A DNA stretch of 64,000 bases from Seison nebaliae (Eukaryota): assembly GCA_023231475.1 (NCBI GenBank), contig JALJEE010001557.1, positions 1 to 64,000 on the forward strand. Reading direction: 5' to 3'. The first letter of the stretch is position 1. Each line of letters opens with the position of its first letter. A program made the translations under genes and the position numbers. Below the pieces are notes generated by a model. The model made no database searches. It had not been told where the DNA came from and worked only from the letters and a program-made list of their open reading frames with translations. Shown piece after piece: positions 1 through 14,700 of the stretch.

Positions 1-162
1 ACTTTGATGAAAGGTATCAAATAGATAATTCGATCCATTCTCTTCAATATCCTCAAAATTACTCTGTTTTATAAAAATGTTTTTCAAAATCTTCTTAAAT
101 ATTACTCGCTCTTCCAAATTGATTTCATCCATTCCTCTTATCACTTTGGACTCACGGATCAT
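1..162 (-). CDS. Possible 5' part of an unknown gene running off the window edge (MIRESKVIRGMDEINLEERVIFKK...)
   Basis: ATG at 162 on the minus strand followed by 54 open codons to the window edge. No recognisable motif. Confidence 0.3.
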   Translation of the reverse strand, partial: MIRESKVIRGMDEINLEERVIFKKILKNIFIKQSNFEDIEENGSNYLFDTFHQS

Positions 163-340
163 AATCACAGCACTAATTCTCACAGTAATTTTCAGTATAA
201 AAAGTGTAAATTTAATTTAGATTTAAATGAAATTTTAAGAAAAAAAACAGTTTTTAATTTTCTTAATCAATTTCTAAAAATTCGAATATTTCCAACATAA
301 TAATATTGATCATTATTAAAATAGATAAAATGAAATAAGT

Positions 341-844
341 TTAATTTCCAGATTGAATAGCTCGAATGACAGCTTCAGCACATTCCACCGAAATTTGTGC
401 TTCCGTCTTTTTATATTCGTTAGTGGAAGGTGAATCGGTTGATGATGTCAATGCCGATTGTGATTCCTTCAATTGCTTCTGAGCTTCTGTCATGTCCAAT
501 TGATCTAATGTGACAGCTTCCTCTGCCAACACTTGAACTGATGAATCGTCATTGATGGCAAGCGAACCAGAAGAGACGAAATATTTTTTTACATTTCCAT
601 CATTCTCTGTCACGGCCACCACTCCTGGTTTAAGGACCCCTAGAGATGGTACGTGTTCCGCTAAAATACCCAAATGTCCTGCGACTGTGGGAACGTCAAT
701 TTGTTTGACGATGGCGTCAGAATAGAGAACGGTGGAAGGAGAAGCAAAAGTCAATTTCATTTCACTTGCCATTGCAAATTGACTAGTTGTAATTCCACGT
801 TTTGTCAAATTACGAAGTGCAGTTCTTGAGATGGTGGAGAACAT
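341..844 (-). CDS. ATP5F1D: Mitochondrial ATP synthase F1 subunit delta (intronless)
   Basis: Arg/Ser-rich presequence; motifs LTFASP, VKQIDVPT..G.LGILAEHVP, LKPGVV, YFVSSG, VQVLAEEAV typical of F1-delta. Confidence 0.95.
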   Translation of the reverse strand: MFSTISRTALRNLTKRGITTSQFAMASEMKLTFASPSTVLYSDAIVKQIDVPTVAGHLGILAEHVPSLGVLKPGVVAVTENDGNVKKYFVSSGSLAINDDSSVQVLAEEAVTLDQLDMTEAQKQLKESQSALTSSTDSPSTNEYKKTEAQISVECAEAVIRAIQSGN

Positions 845-1202
845 GATAAAGAAAATATGTTTATTTTATACAAAATTTTCTAATGTGATCAAAAAGAAAA
901 ATTTGGAATTAAACAAAATTTTGATATTTTTTTAAAAAATTAAATTGCAGTGAAAGAAGTAATTTTAAGCTGTTCTTTCTAATTTGAATTTGGAAGGAAT
1001 TCACATTTACAATTGAAATATATTGAAAAGTCTTATCTCTCATTGAATCATGAGGAGTGGGGGAGAAAGTATCATGTTAAATTTTATTTGAACTATAATA
1101 AAGTTTTTTTTTCATTTATCTCCGTAACTTTTTTAATTTTTAAATTAATTAATATTTATTAAATTCTCATTTTAATTAGAATAAAAAATTATTGTGGAAA
1201 TT

Positions 1203-2865
1203 ATGTCATTCTTTTCAAAGAATTGTGTGAGACATGTATCGTCCGCAGCAAGTTAGAAATTGATGAAAGATTTTAAGAATTTTAATTTTTGTAAAAGATA
1301 AATTGAATTTGACTCGTCGAATGAAAGATGTTGTTTTGATCGATGGTGTGAGAACTCCATTTCTGGTGGCAGGTACTGATTATAAGAATATGATCGCTCA
1401 TGATCTTGCACATTCATCTCTCGTGTTAATATTTTTTTGGAATTTCATTCTTCCATGAAGAATTTCAGTGCTTTGAAAGAGAAAATTCCATTTCCGTTAG
1501 AAGAGATCGATCATGCCGTTTACGGATGTGTCATGATGGAATTCATTACCAGTAATATTGCTAGAGAAGTTTAATTTAAATTTTACGAATTATTTTTATG
1601 ATTCGATTCTATATATTCGAAGGCTATGTTATCAGCTGGTTATCCGGAGAAGATCTCCGCTCATACTATCACTCAAGCTTGTATCTCTTCCAATCAATGT
1701 TCTGCCACTGCTATATCGATGATTGCAAGTGATCAAGCTGATACAGTTGTAGTAGGTGGAGTTGATTTTATGTCAGACGTACCAATTCGATTCAATAGAA
1801 AGATGAGACAATTAATGTTATCGTTAAATAAAGCGAAATCGGGAAATGCCAAATTTAGTGTAATCTCCAAAATGTTGTCACCAAAAGTTTGGTCACCTGA
1901 ACTCCCAGGAATTGCTGATTTTACTAGTGGAGAAATTATGGGACATTATGCTGATAGATTATGCGCCGCTTTCAATGTATCACAAGCGGAACAAGATGAA
2001 TTCGCTAATCGATCACATACGAAAGCATTTGAAGCGACGAAAAATGGTCATTTAACTGACGTTTTCCCAATGTATGTTGAAGGTGGAAAAGATGCAATTT
2101 CTACTGATAACGGTATCAGAATTACTCCAATAGAGAAATTGAACAAAATTCGACCGGCTTTCATCAAACCACATGGAACTGTTACTGCAGGAAATTCTTC
2201 ATTTTTAACTGACGGAGCTTCGGCCGCTTTGATTATGTCGGAAGAGAAAGCGAAACAATTAAATGTTAAATGTAAAGCATATTTGAGAGATTATATGTTT
2301 TATTCATGCAATCCTAACGACGAACTATTATTAGGGTTTCCATTCAATTCCATCAATATTCCATTGAAATTCTCCTTTTTTTCAGACCTGCAGTTGTAAT
2401 TCCAAGATTGTTGAAGAAGATTGGTGCAACATTAAGTGATATCGATGTTTTTGAAATTCATGAAGCATTTGCTGTTAAGAATATTCTTTATCAATTTTTC
2501 ACTTCAAATTCCATTGGAAAATTTAGGGACAAATTCTTGCAAATTTGAAAGCGATGTCTAGTGACAAATTCGCTCAACGACGTTTGGGAACGAGTAAAAA
2601 TGTTGGAGAAGTACCAATGGAAAAATTGAATACATGGGGTGGATCTTTAGCTCTTGGTTAAATGCTCAAAATTCCTTTTTCAAAGAAAAATTATTTCAAA
2701 AAAATTTTTTTTTCAGGTCATCCTTTTGCCGCGACTGGTACTCGATTAATAACAATGGCTGCTAATCGACTACATCAAGAAGATAAGAAATATGCATTAG
2801 TTGCTGCTTGTGCTGCTGGTGGACAAGCAGTTGCTATGTTAATCGAACGTCATCCTGACTATTAA
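1203..2865 (+). CDS. HADHB: Trifunctional enzyme subunit beta (3-ketoacyl-CoA thiolase), 7 exons; introns 1252-1297, 1425-1468, 1569-1622, 2336-2385, 2474-2526, 2657-2716
   Basis: Spliced product contains [16 protein letters not shown] (catalytic Cys), [36 protein letters not shown] and AACAAGG. Confidence 0.93.
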
Positions 2866-4872
2866 ATTATTTAAATAAATATTTTCTATGATATTTTAAC
2901 GGAACAAATAAATTTTTCAGTTGTCGCTTAACATTTTTGTGTGATAACTAACAATTAATTCATATATATACATATATATATGTATATATATATATTCATA
3001 TAGATAACGTTGTAAGAATTTGGAAAATTAAGAAAGAAGAAATTTTTAAATTAGTGATAAAAGAGAAGAAGGAATCTTTATGTTGTATAATAATAATAAG
3101 TTTTATGACGTGTAATTTCGATTAAATGATCAAATAAAATTAAATGAAATTTGTGTTTGTTAAAGGAAATTAAAACGAGGGAACGAGTTGAGATGAAACA
3201 CGGAGAGACAAATAATAAATGGATCTTTGAAACGGATGGTGAGATGGATGCAAATGAATGAATTTCATTAAAATAATAACATTTCAAATTGTTAAATGAT
3301 AATAAATATTTTTCATCCACCAAAACATTAAGATAAGATTTAAATTTCCAATAAATATATATGTGAACCGAAAGAAAAAAAAATTGACACCGACAAAACG
3401 ATTCAATTTTAATAGAGAGGAAATTATTTGGAGAATTCTCAAAAGAATTCTTTCGTTGCATGAGAAACAAACGATGAGAAGATGACGATATTTTTCCATT
3501 CAATTCATTTATGATGGAAATGAAGGTTATGGAATAGATTGCAAGGAAAACGGATAAATAGAGGATAAATAGAAGATAAATAATTTAAATAAATAAACAA
3601 ACCTCTCCATCGTTCAGTCAATCACATTTTGACAGATTCGACGAAAATGGAGAAGGTTTGAAAAAAAATCCTGATAATTCATGGAATTGATCATGATTTT
3701 AGAAAATAAGTTAATAATGTGACAGAAGTACATCAATCGATTATTGATTAGGTGTTGATCGATAATTGCATGATAGAATCGAATCCGTTATGGATAACGA
3801 ATATTTTTCAATATCGATATATCTGTACGAATGTTTATAAATGTATGTGTTTGTGTGTGTTTGTGTGTGCATGTGTGTGTGTATATGAGTGTTTGTGTGT
3901 GACTTTGAATGACATTGGAGAAGGAAGGAGAAAATTTTGACAATATAAAAGAACCGGTCAATCACTTGATATGTTTCTGGACATATTTTGTGGTAAATGA
4001 ATGAAGGAAAGAAATGAATTAAAACAAATTCAGATATTCAATCGATTAATTGATTGATTGATTGATTGATAATTGTTTGTCAATTTGAGTTTTTGATTAA
4101 ATCTTCATTGGAATCATGATTTATTTTTTCGATCGAATATAATTTGTTTTATTTCATCACCAATTTTTCCAACCACACGATGATCATATCGAGTAGTTTG
4201 AGGAGAAAATGAATTGCCCGACAAAATCATCAAGAAGCAGAAGGAGAGAATTGAGAAAATCGAATTGCTTCAAAGATTTTTTGGAAAAAGAAGAAAGTTA
4301 AATATGAAATAGTGATTTCTCAGAACATGCATAATCGTTCGAATTCCATCTCGTTTCAGGAAATCACTGGCAACTTGATGAGACGAAATAAGTAACTGAT
4401 TACTTGGAGAAGATTTCCTAATTGAACTTGTTAGTTAGAGCATTGGAATCAGTTTCTCGCCCAAAATCTTTTTGGAAATATTTTTTTCGTAATAAAATTT
4501 TATTACAACACACAACTTTTAATTGATTGTTCACCGGTGCCATTTTTATGATGATTATGATGATGATGATGATGATAATAATAATGTTGTTAATTTTTGT
4601 TGTTTTTCGTTAATTATCATTATAAGGAAAATTATTTTTTCTTTCTCACATTGATTTGTTTTTGTATACGAATATATATATATATATATAAATATATATT
4701 CATTTAATTCATTTATGTAGAATTATTTATACATACAGTTATTATTGTGTTTGTATGCATGTGTGTGGATGTGGTGCAGTTTGATGGATATAAGAAAAGA
4801 AAAAGGATAAAGAAAATTCCATCAATAATAAAGTCATTCAACTCGGAAATTCGGAGAGGAGAAAAAGAAAAT

Positions 4873-7106
4873 TTATTTTTTCTTTCGATATCTTGTCGAT
4901 TCGAGAGAGGATTTATTTGGAGGGGAATTTTTATTGATCGATTTCTTATTATTCTTTCCAATCATTTGATCACTTTTCATTTTGTTAATGGATTTCGTTG
5001 TTGTTGTTGTTGTCGGTTTGTTTTCTTTCGTAGCCATTTTCTTTGTACCATTTTCATGAATTTTTGGTGTTGATGTCGATGAAATTAGATTGTTGTTAGT
5101 TGATTCGGATTTGTTGGAGATGTCGGTTGTGAGATTTGAATTAGGAATATTGGGAGATTTCAACGGCGTATCATTCGCCATATTCGAATTAAGAACATTT
5201 GAAAAATTATGATAATCGCCAGCAGTAGTAGTGATGATGTAAGCGTTGGATGTTGTGATCAATTGATCCAATGGAATATTTCCACATTGACTATTGACAA
5301 CGATTTTACCCGTTGGAATTTCTGCTTTAGAAATATTTTCCGTTAGAGTCGATGGGAATTGTTCATGCTCTTCACTCGTCGAACTGAGAAAACTGATTTG
5401 ATTCTTGAAATTCTGAGTTGTTTGAGATTGATTCAGATCACCGATGGAGAAAGCGAAAGCGTTCGGATCATAATCTGGACTGAGATCATTCATCGATTCC
5501 TGTCCCGAATGATGAGAACCATAAAAGAAATATGGATAGACATATGGAGATGAGAAGAATTCCATTGAATTTTCTGCTATTGGTGTGGATTCAACTCCAA
5601 TATCTTTTATTCCATTATTAGCAGGAACTTCGATTGAATTATCTTTCATTATCGCCGAGGAACATATTCCATTGAGTTGTGGAGGATCTTGTGAGAGTGG
5701 CGATGTAGATCCGGTTGAACAATCAGATTTCTTCAATGTAACTGACGTTACTAATAATTGTGGTTGTGACATGGCAGTGGTAGTGAGTTGAGAGATGGTA
5801 TTGGATGGTGGGAGAATGGATGATGATGATGATGATGATGATGATGTGGATAATGTGGGAAATTCTATTTCGCTATGTGAATGATTAATTATTCCATTCT
5901 CATATTGTTCCATTCCTTCGTTACTACTGCTGATTTCGTTTGATGACGTTCGATTATCATTCGTGTCATTGGAAGACGTTGGCATACCATCAGATGAATC
6001 GGATGCAATCTCTTTCGGTCCTACACCTCTTCCTCCTTCTGTCAATTTGGTTGGTGTCATTATCACTGGTCCTGATATCTTTTGCGAATATTGAATTTGT
6101 TCCATCTCTTGTTGTGTTGGTGTTGATACCAATTGTTGTTGTTGTTGTTGTTGTAAATTGGCTTGTTGTTGTGGTACAGTTAGTGGTGGTTGTTGTTGTT
6201 GTTGATTTAACATAATGGCTGATGGATCGATGATAGTTTCTGGTTGAACATATGAATAATATGGATTCAAATTGAAATTATAAATCATATTCTGTTTCTG
6301 AACATGCTGATGGATCTGATATTCCAAATCATGAAGATGTTTTTCGATTACAGCTCGATTCATATTGTCAGTGATCAATGAAAAGAATTGTTGCTGTTGT
6401 TGTTGTTGTTGTTGGGATTGGGTTGTAGTTGTCGTTTGCATAGAATTTCCGTTGTAGGATGACATGGTGTCTGGTATGGCGGATGTGGATAGATGTGATG
6501 GTGGCGGTTGTTGAGAGACAAGTGAAGGGAAATTCTTATTATACAGCGATTCAGCTGTCGTGACACATTTCCTCGCATTATGTCCATACAGATAATGCGT
6601 TTGTCCACAATTATTTATTAATTTAATATTATTATCATTTTCCCCTTTTACATGTATCGGTTGTTGAGATGATGGCTGTGATGGTGGTGGTTGTGATGGT
6701 GGTATCTGATGATGGACATTTGGTGGATCGGTCAAATTATACGATTGACTAAACTTACCATCACATTGATCCTTCTTTATTGGCATGGTTAAATTATAAA
6801 GATCTTGACCATTCATATTCTGAGGTTGTTGTTGTTGTTGTTGTTGGAGATATAATTGATTTGTTGTCAATTCTTGGGTGGTGGAGGGTAGTATTGGTGG
6901 TGGTGGTTGATGATGATGATGATGATGATGTGGGAGATATAATTGTTGATCCAAATTCTGTTGATACATTAGAGAATTATAATTATTTTGTCGAAGTGGA
7001 TCGATGAGAGGATCATATTGTTTCTTATTCTTATTCTTCTTTCGATTATTCTCATTTGTTGGAGTGTTACTATTCGGATGGGAAATAAATGATGTTTTAT
7101 CTTTCA

Positions 7107-7191
<85 letters not shown>

Positions 7192-8748
7192 GGTTGTTGT
7201 AATAGCAATGTTGTTGGATGATGATAGATTATGATAATTTTGTTGATTCATTAACATATTATTATTAAATAAAATTTGTGCTAAATATTCTTGTGGCAAC
7301 GTATTAATGAAGGGATAGAAATTATTTGACATTAATGGCGTTCCCGTCCCACTTTGTTCCGTCAAATAATTTTGATTAATATTATGTTGTTGATGTGTTT
7401 GTTGTTGTTGTTGCGGATGTTGATTATGATGATGATGATGATGAATTTGATGTTGTTGTTGTTGTTGGGGTGGTTGATGAGGATATTGATGATGGAGATG
7501 TTGTTGCGTAGATGGTTTCCTTCTATCTATCATCTTCTTCTTTAAAGAATTACCAGTCGAATTATTTGTCAATAAAGTGGTAGTGGAAGGTGTTTGTTGA
7601 ATGGGTATCATTGATGGTGTGGGTAATGTTGTATTGATGATTGATGGATTATTTTGATTCGTCACATTACTAATTATGTTCGTGTTATTGTTATTATTGA
7701 TAGTTGTTGTTCCAATCGTTGTTGGAGTGAGTATCAGATTATTTGATGGATTAGAAGGAATTTGTCGAGATTTCTCCAATTCTGCACGACCCGTTGCCAT
7801 TTGTTGTGCATACATGAATTCTTTCGGTTGTGCCTTCTTACATTCAACATGTTTCCCTCCAATTTCGTGATAACGATGTTTGCATATACTATCCGCCTGT
7901 TGTTCATTTTCCATCGTTACGAAACCGAATCCTCGATGTCGTTGTGTCTGTTTGTCGTAGAGGAGCATCGCTTCTACGATTGTTCCGAATTGGGAGAAAT
8001 GTTTACGAAGATCATCCTCCGTTGTCGACGACGACAATCCTCCAACAAATATTTTCTTCGTTTTCGTCACTTCCTTCGGATTCCGTTGTCGAGGAAATGC
8101 TGGTTTCGGATCAATCGTCTTATCATCAATCATATGTTTCTCGATCGGTTTACCTTTCGGATCATCTTTCCTTTCACCTTTCAATACTCGTTTAACACTT
8201 TTCGCATGTTTGAAAATGATGAATCCAAATCCTCTCGATCGTTGTGTAACAGCGTCTTTCATAATCGTACATTCTTGCACCGAACCGAATTGACGGAAAT
8301 ATTGAAGTAATCGAGTGGGAGTCGTTTGCCAACTCAAACCTCCGACGAATATTTTCCGTTTGAAAACATCTCTCATTTGTGGAGTCATATTCTCAAAATC
8401 ATCATTATCACTATCTTCATCATCACTCGAATCATCATCATCATCATCATCATCATATTCTCCATCATCCTCATCTTCGTCACTCTCATCATCTTTTTCT
8501 TCACCATTTTCTATTTGTAATTCAATCTTATTCTCTCCACCATCATCATCATTATCACCATCATCGGTATTATCGAAATCATTGATTAAATTCTCGTTAT
8601 TCTCACAATTTTTCTCATCACAATCGTCATTCGTTCTCATCGATTCCATCAAATTCATTTTCTTTTCATTCATCGAACAATTCTCATTCACGTCATTGCA
8701 ACTTGATGTCGTATCTGATTCACTGATCGAAACCTTCGCAGTAACCAT
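4873..8748 (-). CDS. msi: Musashi-like RNA-binding protein: two RRMs plus very long acidic, Asn/Gln/His-rich low-complexity regions; intronless CDS
   Basis: RRM1 KIFVGGLSWQTT...RSRGFGFI...KTIDPKPAFPR and RRM2 VTKTKKIFVGGLS...RHRGFGFV...VECKKAQPKE are Musashi-family signatures. The true start may be a later Met. Confidence 0.85.
7108..7191. repeat. Perfect (ATT)n microsatellite, about 28 units, encoding poly-Asn in the Musashi-like ORF
   Basis: Directly visible trinucleotide run. Confidence 0.95.
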
Positions 8749-8754
8749 GGTAAC
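8741..8754. promoter_or_regulatory. RFX X-box GTAACCATGGTAAC overlapping the first ATG of the Musashi-like ORF
   Basis: Matches the X-box consensus GTNRCC(N0-3)RGYAAC exactly. Confidence 0.55.
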
Positions 8755-11700
8755 CGTAAGTTGATTTTAATAATTCTCTTTTTCTTTATGATCACACGTA
8801 AAACATGAAGGAATTGTCGTTCGTCTTCTTGTTCTCTTTGGAGTTATTCTCCCAAAATAATTGATTGTTCCCTTTCCCGTCGATGTTGAGATGATATCAA
8901 ATCATTTCATGAGTTTCATCATTTCATCTCGGATTACTATCTCAGAAAATCGACTTTTATTTTATTCTCCCCAACTAAAAGAAATTCCAATTAAAATAAA
9001 CGGAAATAAATGAAAGGAAATTGTCTCTAAATAAATCTTTCGTGTCCCACACCAGAAAAAGAAGAAAAAATTAAGAAAAGTTATTAGATATTAAATATTA
9101 ACTATTACGCATTAGATCCGTATTAGGAGAAAATCATAGAAATAAGAAGAAATCGAACAGAAAGAAAAAGATAAAGAAAACGACGTTTCAACATTAACAT
9201 ATTATCAAATTCCATTAAACGATGACCTCTGAACTTCTCGATTGAAATTCGATTTTCCCTTCTCTCCTCAAAATGTTCAATGAGAAACTTGATGTCAATT
9301 TCAAGTAGGTCAAACTTCACTTCTCCTCAAAAGATGATGATGATGATGATGAAGAAGAAATTTGAAAATAAATCACATACACACATATAACCACACGTAT
9401 ATATATGGGAATATCAGTAGGAAATAATCAGAACACAAAATTATTTTCATTTCTCAAATTTTTTCTCAAATGGAAACAAGTTGTTCCAACACCAAACCGA
9501 TTTGTTGACAAATTTCGACAATTATGTCTCTAATTGTTTAACGATCCACACTGAAGTTACTTCACTTCAGAAAATATTAAAATTCTTATTTCGTCTTTCC
9601 TTCTTCTACGTCGTTCCGCTCTGTTTACGTAAAAGGGAAATGTCAAGGATCTGTTTACCATCAACATAACCGCCACTAGTACCTATCGACATTGTCGTCT
9701 TAAAAATGATTAAATTCTATTTATTTTATCCATCCATCCGCATAACTTTCTCCTCACATATCTTATCGTTCTCCACTCCACACAAGGAATTGGAGAAAGG
9801 AGTTACTTCTAGTACATAGTCTCATTCGGCACAAAGAACGCCCACTATTCTACTACTACGAAGTTTTGATCGCCTCGCAAAAGAAACATATCTGTCATCT
9901 CCGCCAATTATTAAAAATTCCTTTAAATAAATGTAAATGGATGAATGGATGAACTGACAGATCAACTGACGATGGATGAATGAATAGATGGATGAGATGA
10001 ATGAATGAATGTAAATACAGATAGAATTCTTATGGAGAGCAAATAATATGAAAATGAGAGAAATGTTTTGTGTCTTAACAAATTTCTTCCTTTTTTTCGC
10101 CTCTATCTCTTATATCTTTTATCATCATCAACATTTTTTTTTAATTGATCCACTACTTCTTCATGATTCTCTCTCTGGACCTTGATCTCTGATATGTTCT
10201 CTTTCATTCTCTTCAAACATTGATTTCCATCCAGTCCTCACACCATCATCATCACCATCGCCATTATTATTAATATTATTATTATTATTGGCTGATATTC
10301 AAGTACTATCTCTTCACACTAATTTTCTTTTAATTCAGAAAGAAGAAATTGTTGAGAGAAATATGTGGAAGAAGCAGTTAGAAATTATCGTGTCTATTCA
10401 TTCCATCTCACTTCCATCATCCAATTACTTCAAGAATGTTAGACAATCATCTAGGAAGAAAACGTAAAGATAATATCGATTGAGAACAGGATTCTTATAT
10501 AAGATTTCTACTTGGCAATCTCATCATCATCACGAATAATCTCAGAAATCTCAAAGGAATTTCCTTTTTTTTCATGGAAGAAAGATTTCTTTGTCGATGA
10601 ATTCACATTGAGAGAAATAAATAAAGATTGTCTACTTTGTCCTATCGATAATACACAATCGATTCGAATGAAAATGTGATGTAATGATAAAGGAAGAAAA
10701 ATTTTCTTCTCAATACGGAAAGTTACGGACATTATTGTACTATAGAAAATTCTACAATTCGACGTATATGGGAACTGTTTTTTTTTTTTGTTTCTAATAC
10801 CATTCTTTTCTTATGATCAATTATTATCGTTATATTTATTCTAACAACAGATACGTAGAAAAGAAAATATATATTTTCTTTATTTCTCTATTACCATCAT
10901 CATCACCATCATCATCAATCTCTTGTGTGTGTATGTGTGAAGAGAGTAGTATTAGATGAAGAGTGTTAATTTTTATTTGTTATTAAATATTCTCTTTCCA
11001 GAAAATAACCGAATGATGAACTTCCTGATTCAGTGAAATGACTGCTCAAAGTGTTATGGAATTCTGGTGGCAGGAGGAGAAGTAAAATCGAAATAGTTAC
11101 ATAGTTAGAAAGAATAGAGAAGAATAAATTTCAAATTTTTTCTAATTCAAATAAATAAATGAAAGCAAAATTTTAAAGAGGATTTTAAGCGATTTCTTCA
11201 ACTATATCAATTTGAGAATTCAATTAGATTCTAGTGAAATCATCAAATCGAACGTATTGAAAGAAAACACAATAATTTCGATTCATCTTTCAATCATCAC
11301 CCATCCACATGGAGATGATGACGGAAACGGATGAAGAAGAAAAAATTTTCATAAAATTATTAAATGTTTTCTCATATTTTATCCGAATGAAATTTGGAAC
11401 ATCTCTCCCATTATTATATTTGTTCTCATGTGATTAATAATAATAAGCACACATCACATACATACCCAAAATTCAAATCGTTCTCCCTCATAAGTCACAT
11501 CTTTTGATTTGAAATCACCATCTATAACGAAGCGAAAAAAATCTCGAAAATTGGTGTAATATTATATCTCCTTTTAGTTTCATTTCCTTCCTCTTTCAAC
11601 GAACAACGAACAACAACAAGAACAACATGTGAGAAAATGAAAATAAAAATTATTTTATCAAAATTTTCACTCCGTTATGGAGACTCAACTTTGTATTGCA

Positions 11701-14700
11701 AACGATTATTGGCATAATGACTAAATAGGATCGAGAAGAATTAGAATTGAATGGAAAGAGTATTGACTTATTTCTATTAGAGGAATGCTTACTCGAAAAC
11801 AGAATGAGATGGATGGATGGATGAATGGATGGATGGTGAAAATGGAGACCGAAGAGGAATTAAGTTGTAGGAACAAATAGAAATAAAATGATGCATGTTT
11901 TCTCCTAATCGAAAATGAGAGTATAAGAAAACATGCGATATAGCAGAGAACTTACTTTTGTCAATGTAGTTGTATTGTTACTTCCCTAATTATTTATATT
12001 ATTTGAATGAAATCACATTTCATTTCGTCTTGAAAATGTCGGTTGACCTTCCAACCAAATTTCCTCTCACAAATTACTGGAATAATAAGCACTTCACATA
12101 TATTGCCTGATTGTTTTTTTTTTTTTTTTTTTGAAAGAAATAATTCCCTCAAATATCATCTGTTTTACATTTGTGTATGATTTATTACATTTGATGATCA
12201 AAACTACAATTCGATTGCATAACACATTCGCTTCCTCACTCTACCCATAAACTTCACGCAAAATCGCTAATAGGAATGAACTCTTCTCTCACATGTAATA
12301 ATCAAATGGCGAGAAGAAAGAACAACTATTTTTATCTACAATGACTTATTACCATTTGCGTATGCAAACATTAAACCTTCCCAACAACAACAACAACAAC
12401 AACAACAACACGAGTAATAAGAATAGTTTTAGAGGAGAGATATGCCCTTAACAATCTGAAAACGAAACATTTCCCGTTTATATTTCGGAAAGGAGAAATA
12501 AAATGAAACATTCCTCCCATTCCTCCTTCCTTAACAACATACGGCAACTCTCGGCATAATATCATATTATTTCATATATTAATTCTTAATACCATTTTCC
12601 TTTCAAATCATTCAATTTCTTTCTCCTAATTCAATTAATAACCAACAACAACAACAATGATCTTTCGGAAAAATTGGGAGAACATAAATTCTTCATCTAA
12701 TCTGAAGAAAATCTGACTCGATATAGAAAGGAAAGATTTGGGAAAAGATGAAAAATTAAGAAATCTAATTTTTTTTAAAATTTATTTAGTTGAGCTAATG
12801 AATATGATTAGAGGAATGGAAATGGAAAATTGATGAAAATGACTTGGATGAATCACATCCATCCAACGAGATGGTGATGATAATGATGAGGAGAGAATTT
12901 CATTAAATTTTAATTTAATTGTCAAAAAAATAGAAAAAATGGACACGCTTCGTCAGAGACTATTCGAACATTTCATTTGACAAAACTGAAATATAACATC
13001 AAATATAACAAGATGGTGATGATGATGATCGTCATAGGTATTATATCATGATCATACATTTCATCTCTTTCTTTAAATACACCATCTCAACGTTTTCTTC
13101 TCTTCTCATCATTTTTGATGATGTATACACTCGACTAGACGTTCGTTCTTCCTAACTACAACGACATTGGCCTTCCACATTCATTTTTTACGTTGTCGTT
13201 AAATTTAATTTCATATTAGTTAACTGGTCGAACCATGATCTCCGTGTACGATAAAAGAGACTTACAAATCATCCCATTTCTTTTCCAGAAATTAAAAATG
13301 TGAAAATGAAATTGAAGTTCAATTTCGTTAAAGTTTCCACAGGATTAAAAAAAAATTCTTTCCAAAATTTCAAATTTCTTCTTCATATAAAATTATTTCC
13401 TGAATTTCCAATGGAAAATAGAATGAAAGAGATTATTGATTCGACACATCCAATTCTGACGAAACGGAACAACATCATACGTTTGTTAGAAAATATAAAA
13501 AATAGAATTATTTATCTTCATTTTTCTTTTCTTCTAATAAGCGATTCTTTTTTTTTTCTTTAAATCTTTTCTACATCATTATCGATGGAAGGAATAAAAG
13601 GAGAATGGAAGAGGAGAGATATTAGGAGAATGGAGGGGCAAGCGGCATTGGAAGAAGTTGGTAGTCAGGAAACTTATTGATATCATTGATTAAATCATCA
13701 GTAAATGGAGGGGGAACGATGTTGCAATAATTATATTGATAAACTTGTATGGAAGATTCTATTCGAATAATCCATTGTATAGTCTACAATAATCCAAACT
13801 GCACAACCGAATGTCGGTCGACTAATAGATTAATATGAAGACGGATGAAGAGTAGAGAGAAATCGGTCGTCCATACGTCTATCTATTTCATAATTTTCCT
13901 ATGAAAATCGACTAAGCTCAAGTAGAAAATTGAATGGACTTAAAAAGGAAGAAAAAGAGGAGAAACATCGACAATGTGATGAATGGAAATTTTATAATCA
14001 TAATAAGAAACATTATCATCCTTTCTCTTTTTTCTTCTCACAATTCGATTGAGTTCGATATATGAAATAATCACCGAGTAGAACGTATATTGAATCGTTT
14101 CCCGATAAGTTTCTTCTCACATATCATAAATCGAATAAAGATGAATTCAAGACTTCTTCTCTTCAATATCTCATGAATAGACATCTGCTCAATAACTGCA
14201 CTGGTAAGATAAGTTCTTACGTAAAGGAGTAATTGGATACATACATTCATCCACTCACTATAACTGATCAATAAAAGAATAACAAGAAATTTATTTATAT
14301 CAACCAAATCCTCCCAATTCCACTCAATTTGAAGTGTATGATGAAGGAGAGTAATATAAGAAGTAACAGAAGAAATAATTCCTTCTCCAGATAATGTTGG
14401 CGGAGGTAAATAATAAAGTCGAACAATAAGGAGAACTGCTAAAGAAATACATGGACCGACAAAGCAATTCGATGAATTATACAGATACACATATATCTTT
14501 CGTCGTTCCTATCAACAATTAACTTAAATCAACATTCAATTTCATAATAATAAAAAAAATTCTATTGTTTATCTATACGATTCATTAATCTTCTTATATA
14601 TACAGACTGCCATCCATTTATCTGAATTACCAACGACAATTGTCCAAACGAAAAGCATACACATCAAATATATTTCTTCTTCCTGGAAATAATAACATTT

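Noticed and set aside
4311..4368. Inverted repeat agtgatttc/gaaatcact in the presumed Musashi 3'UTR
   Set aside because: Only 9 perfect pairs with a weak interior, which is plausible by chance.
4713..8764. Many plus-strand ORFs (poly-Leu, poly-Val, poly-Ser) overlapping Musashi
   Set aside because: They are antisense shadows of trinucleotide low-complexity coding sequence.
14071..14490. 139-aa hydrophobic minus-strand ORF
   Set aside because: Non-ATG start, no motif and no splice-supported extension. Probably non-coding.
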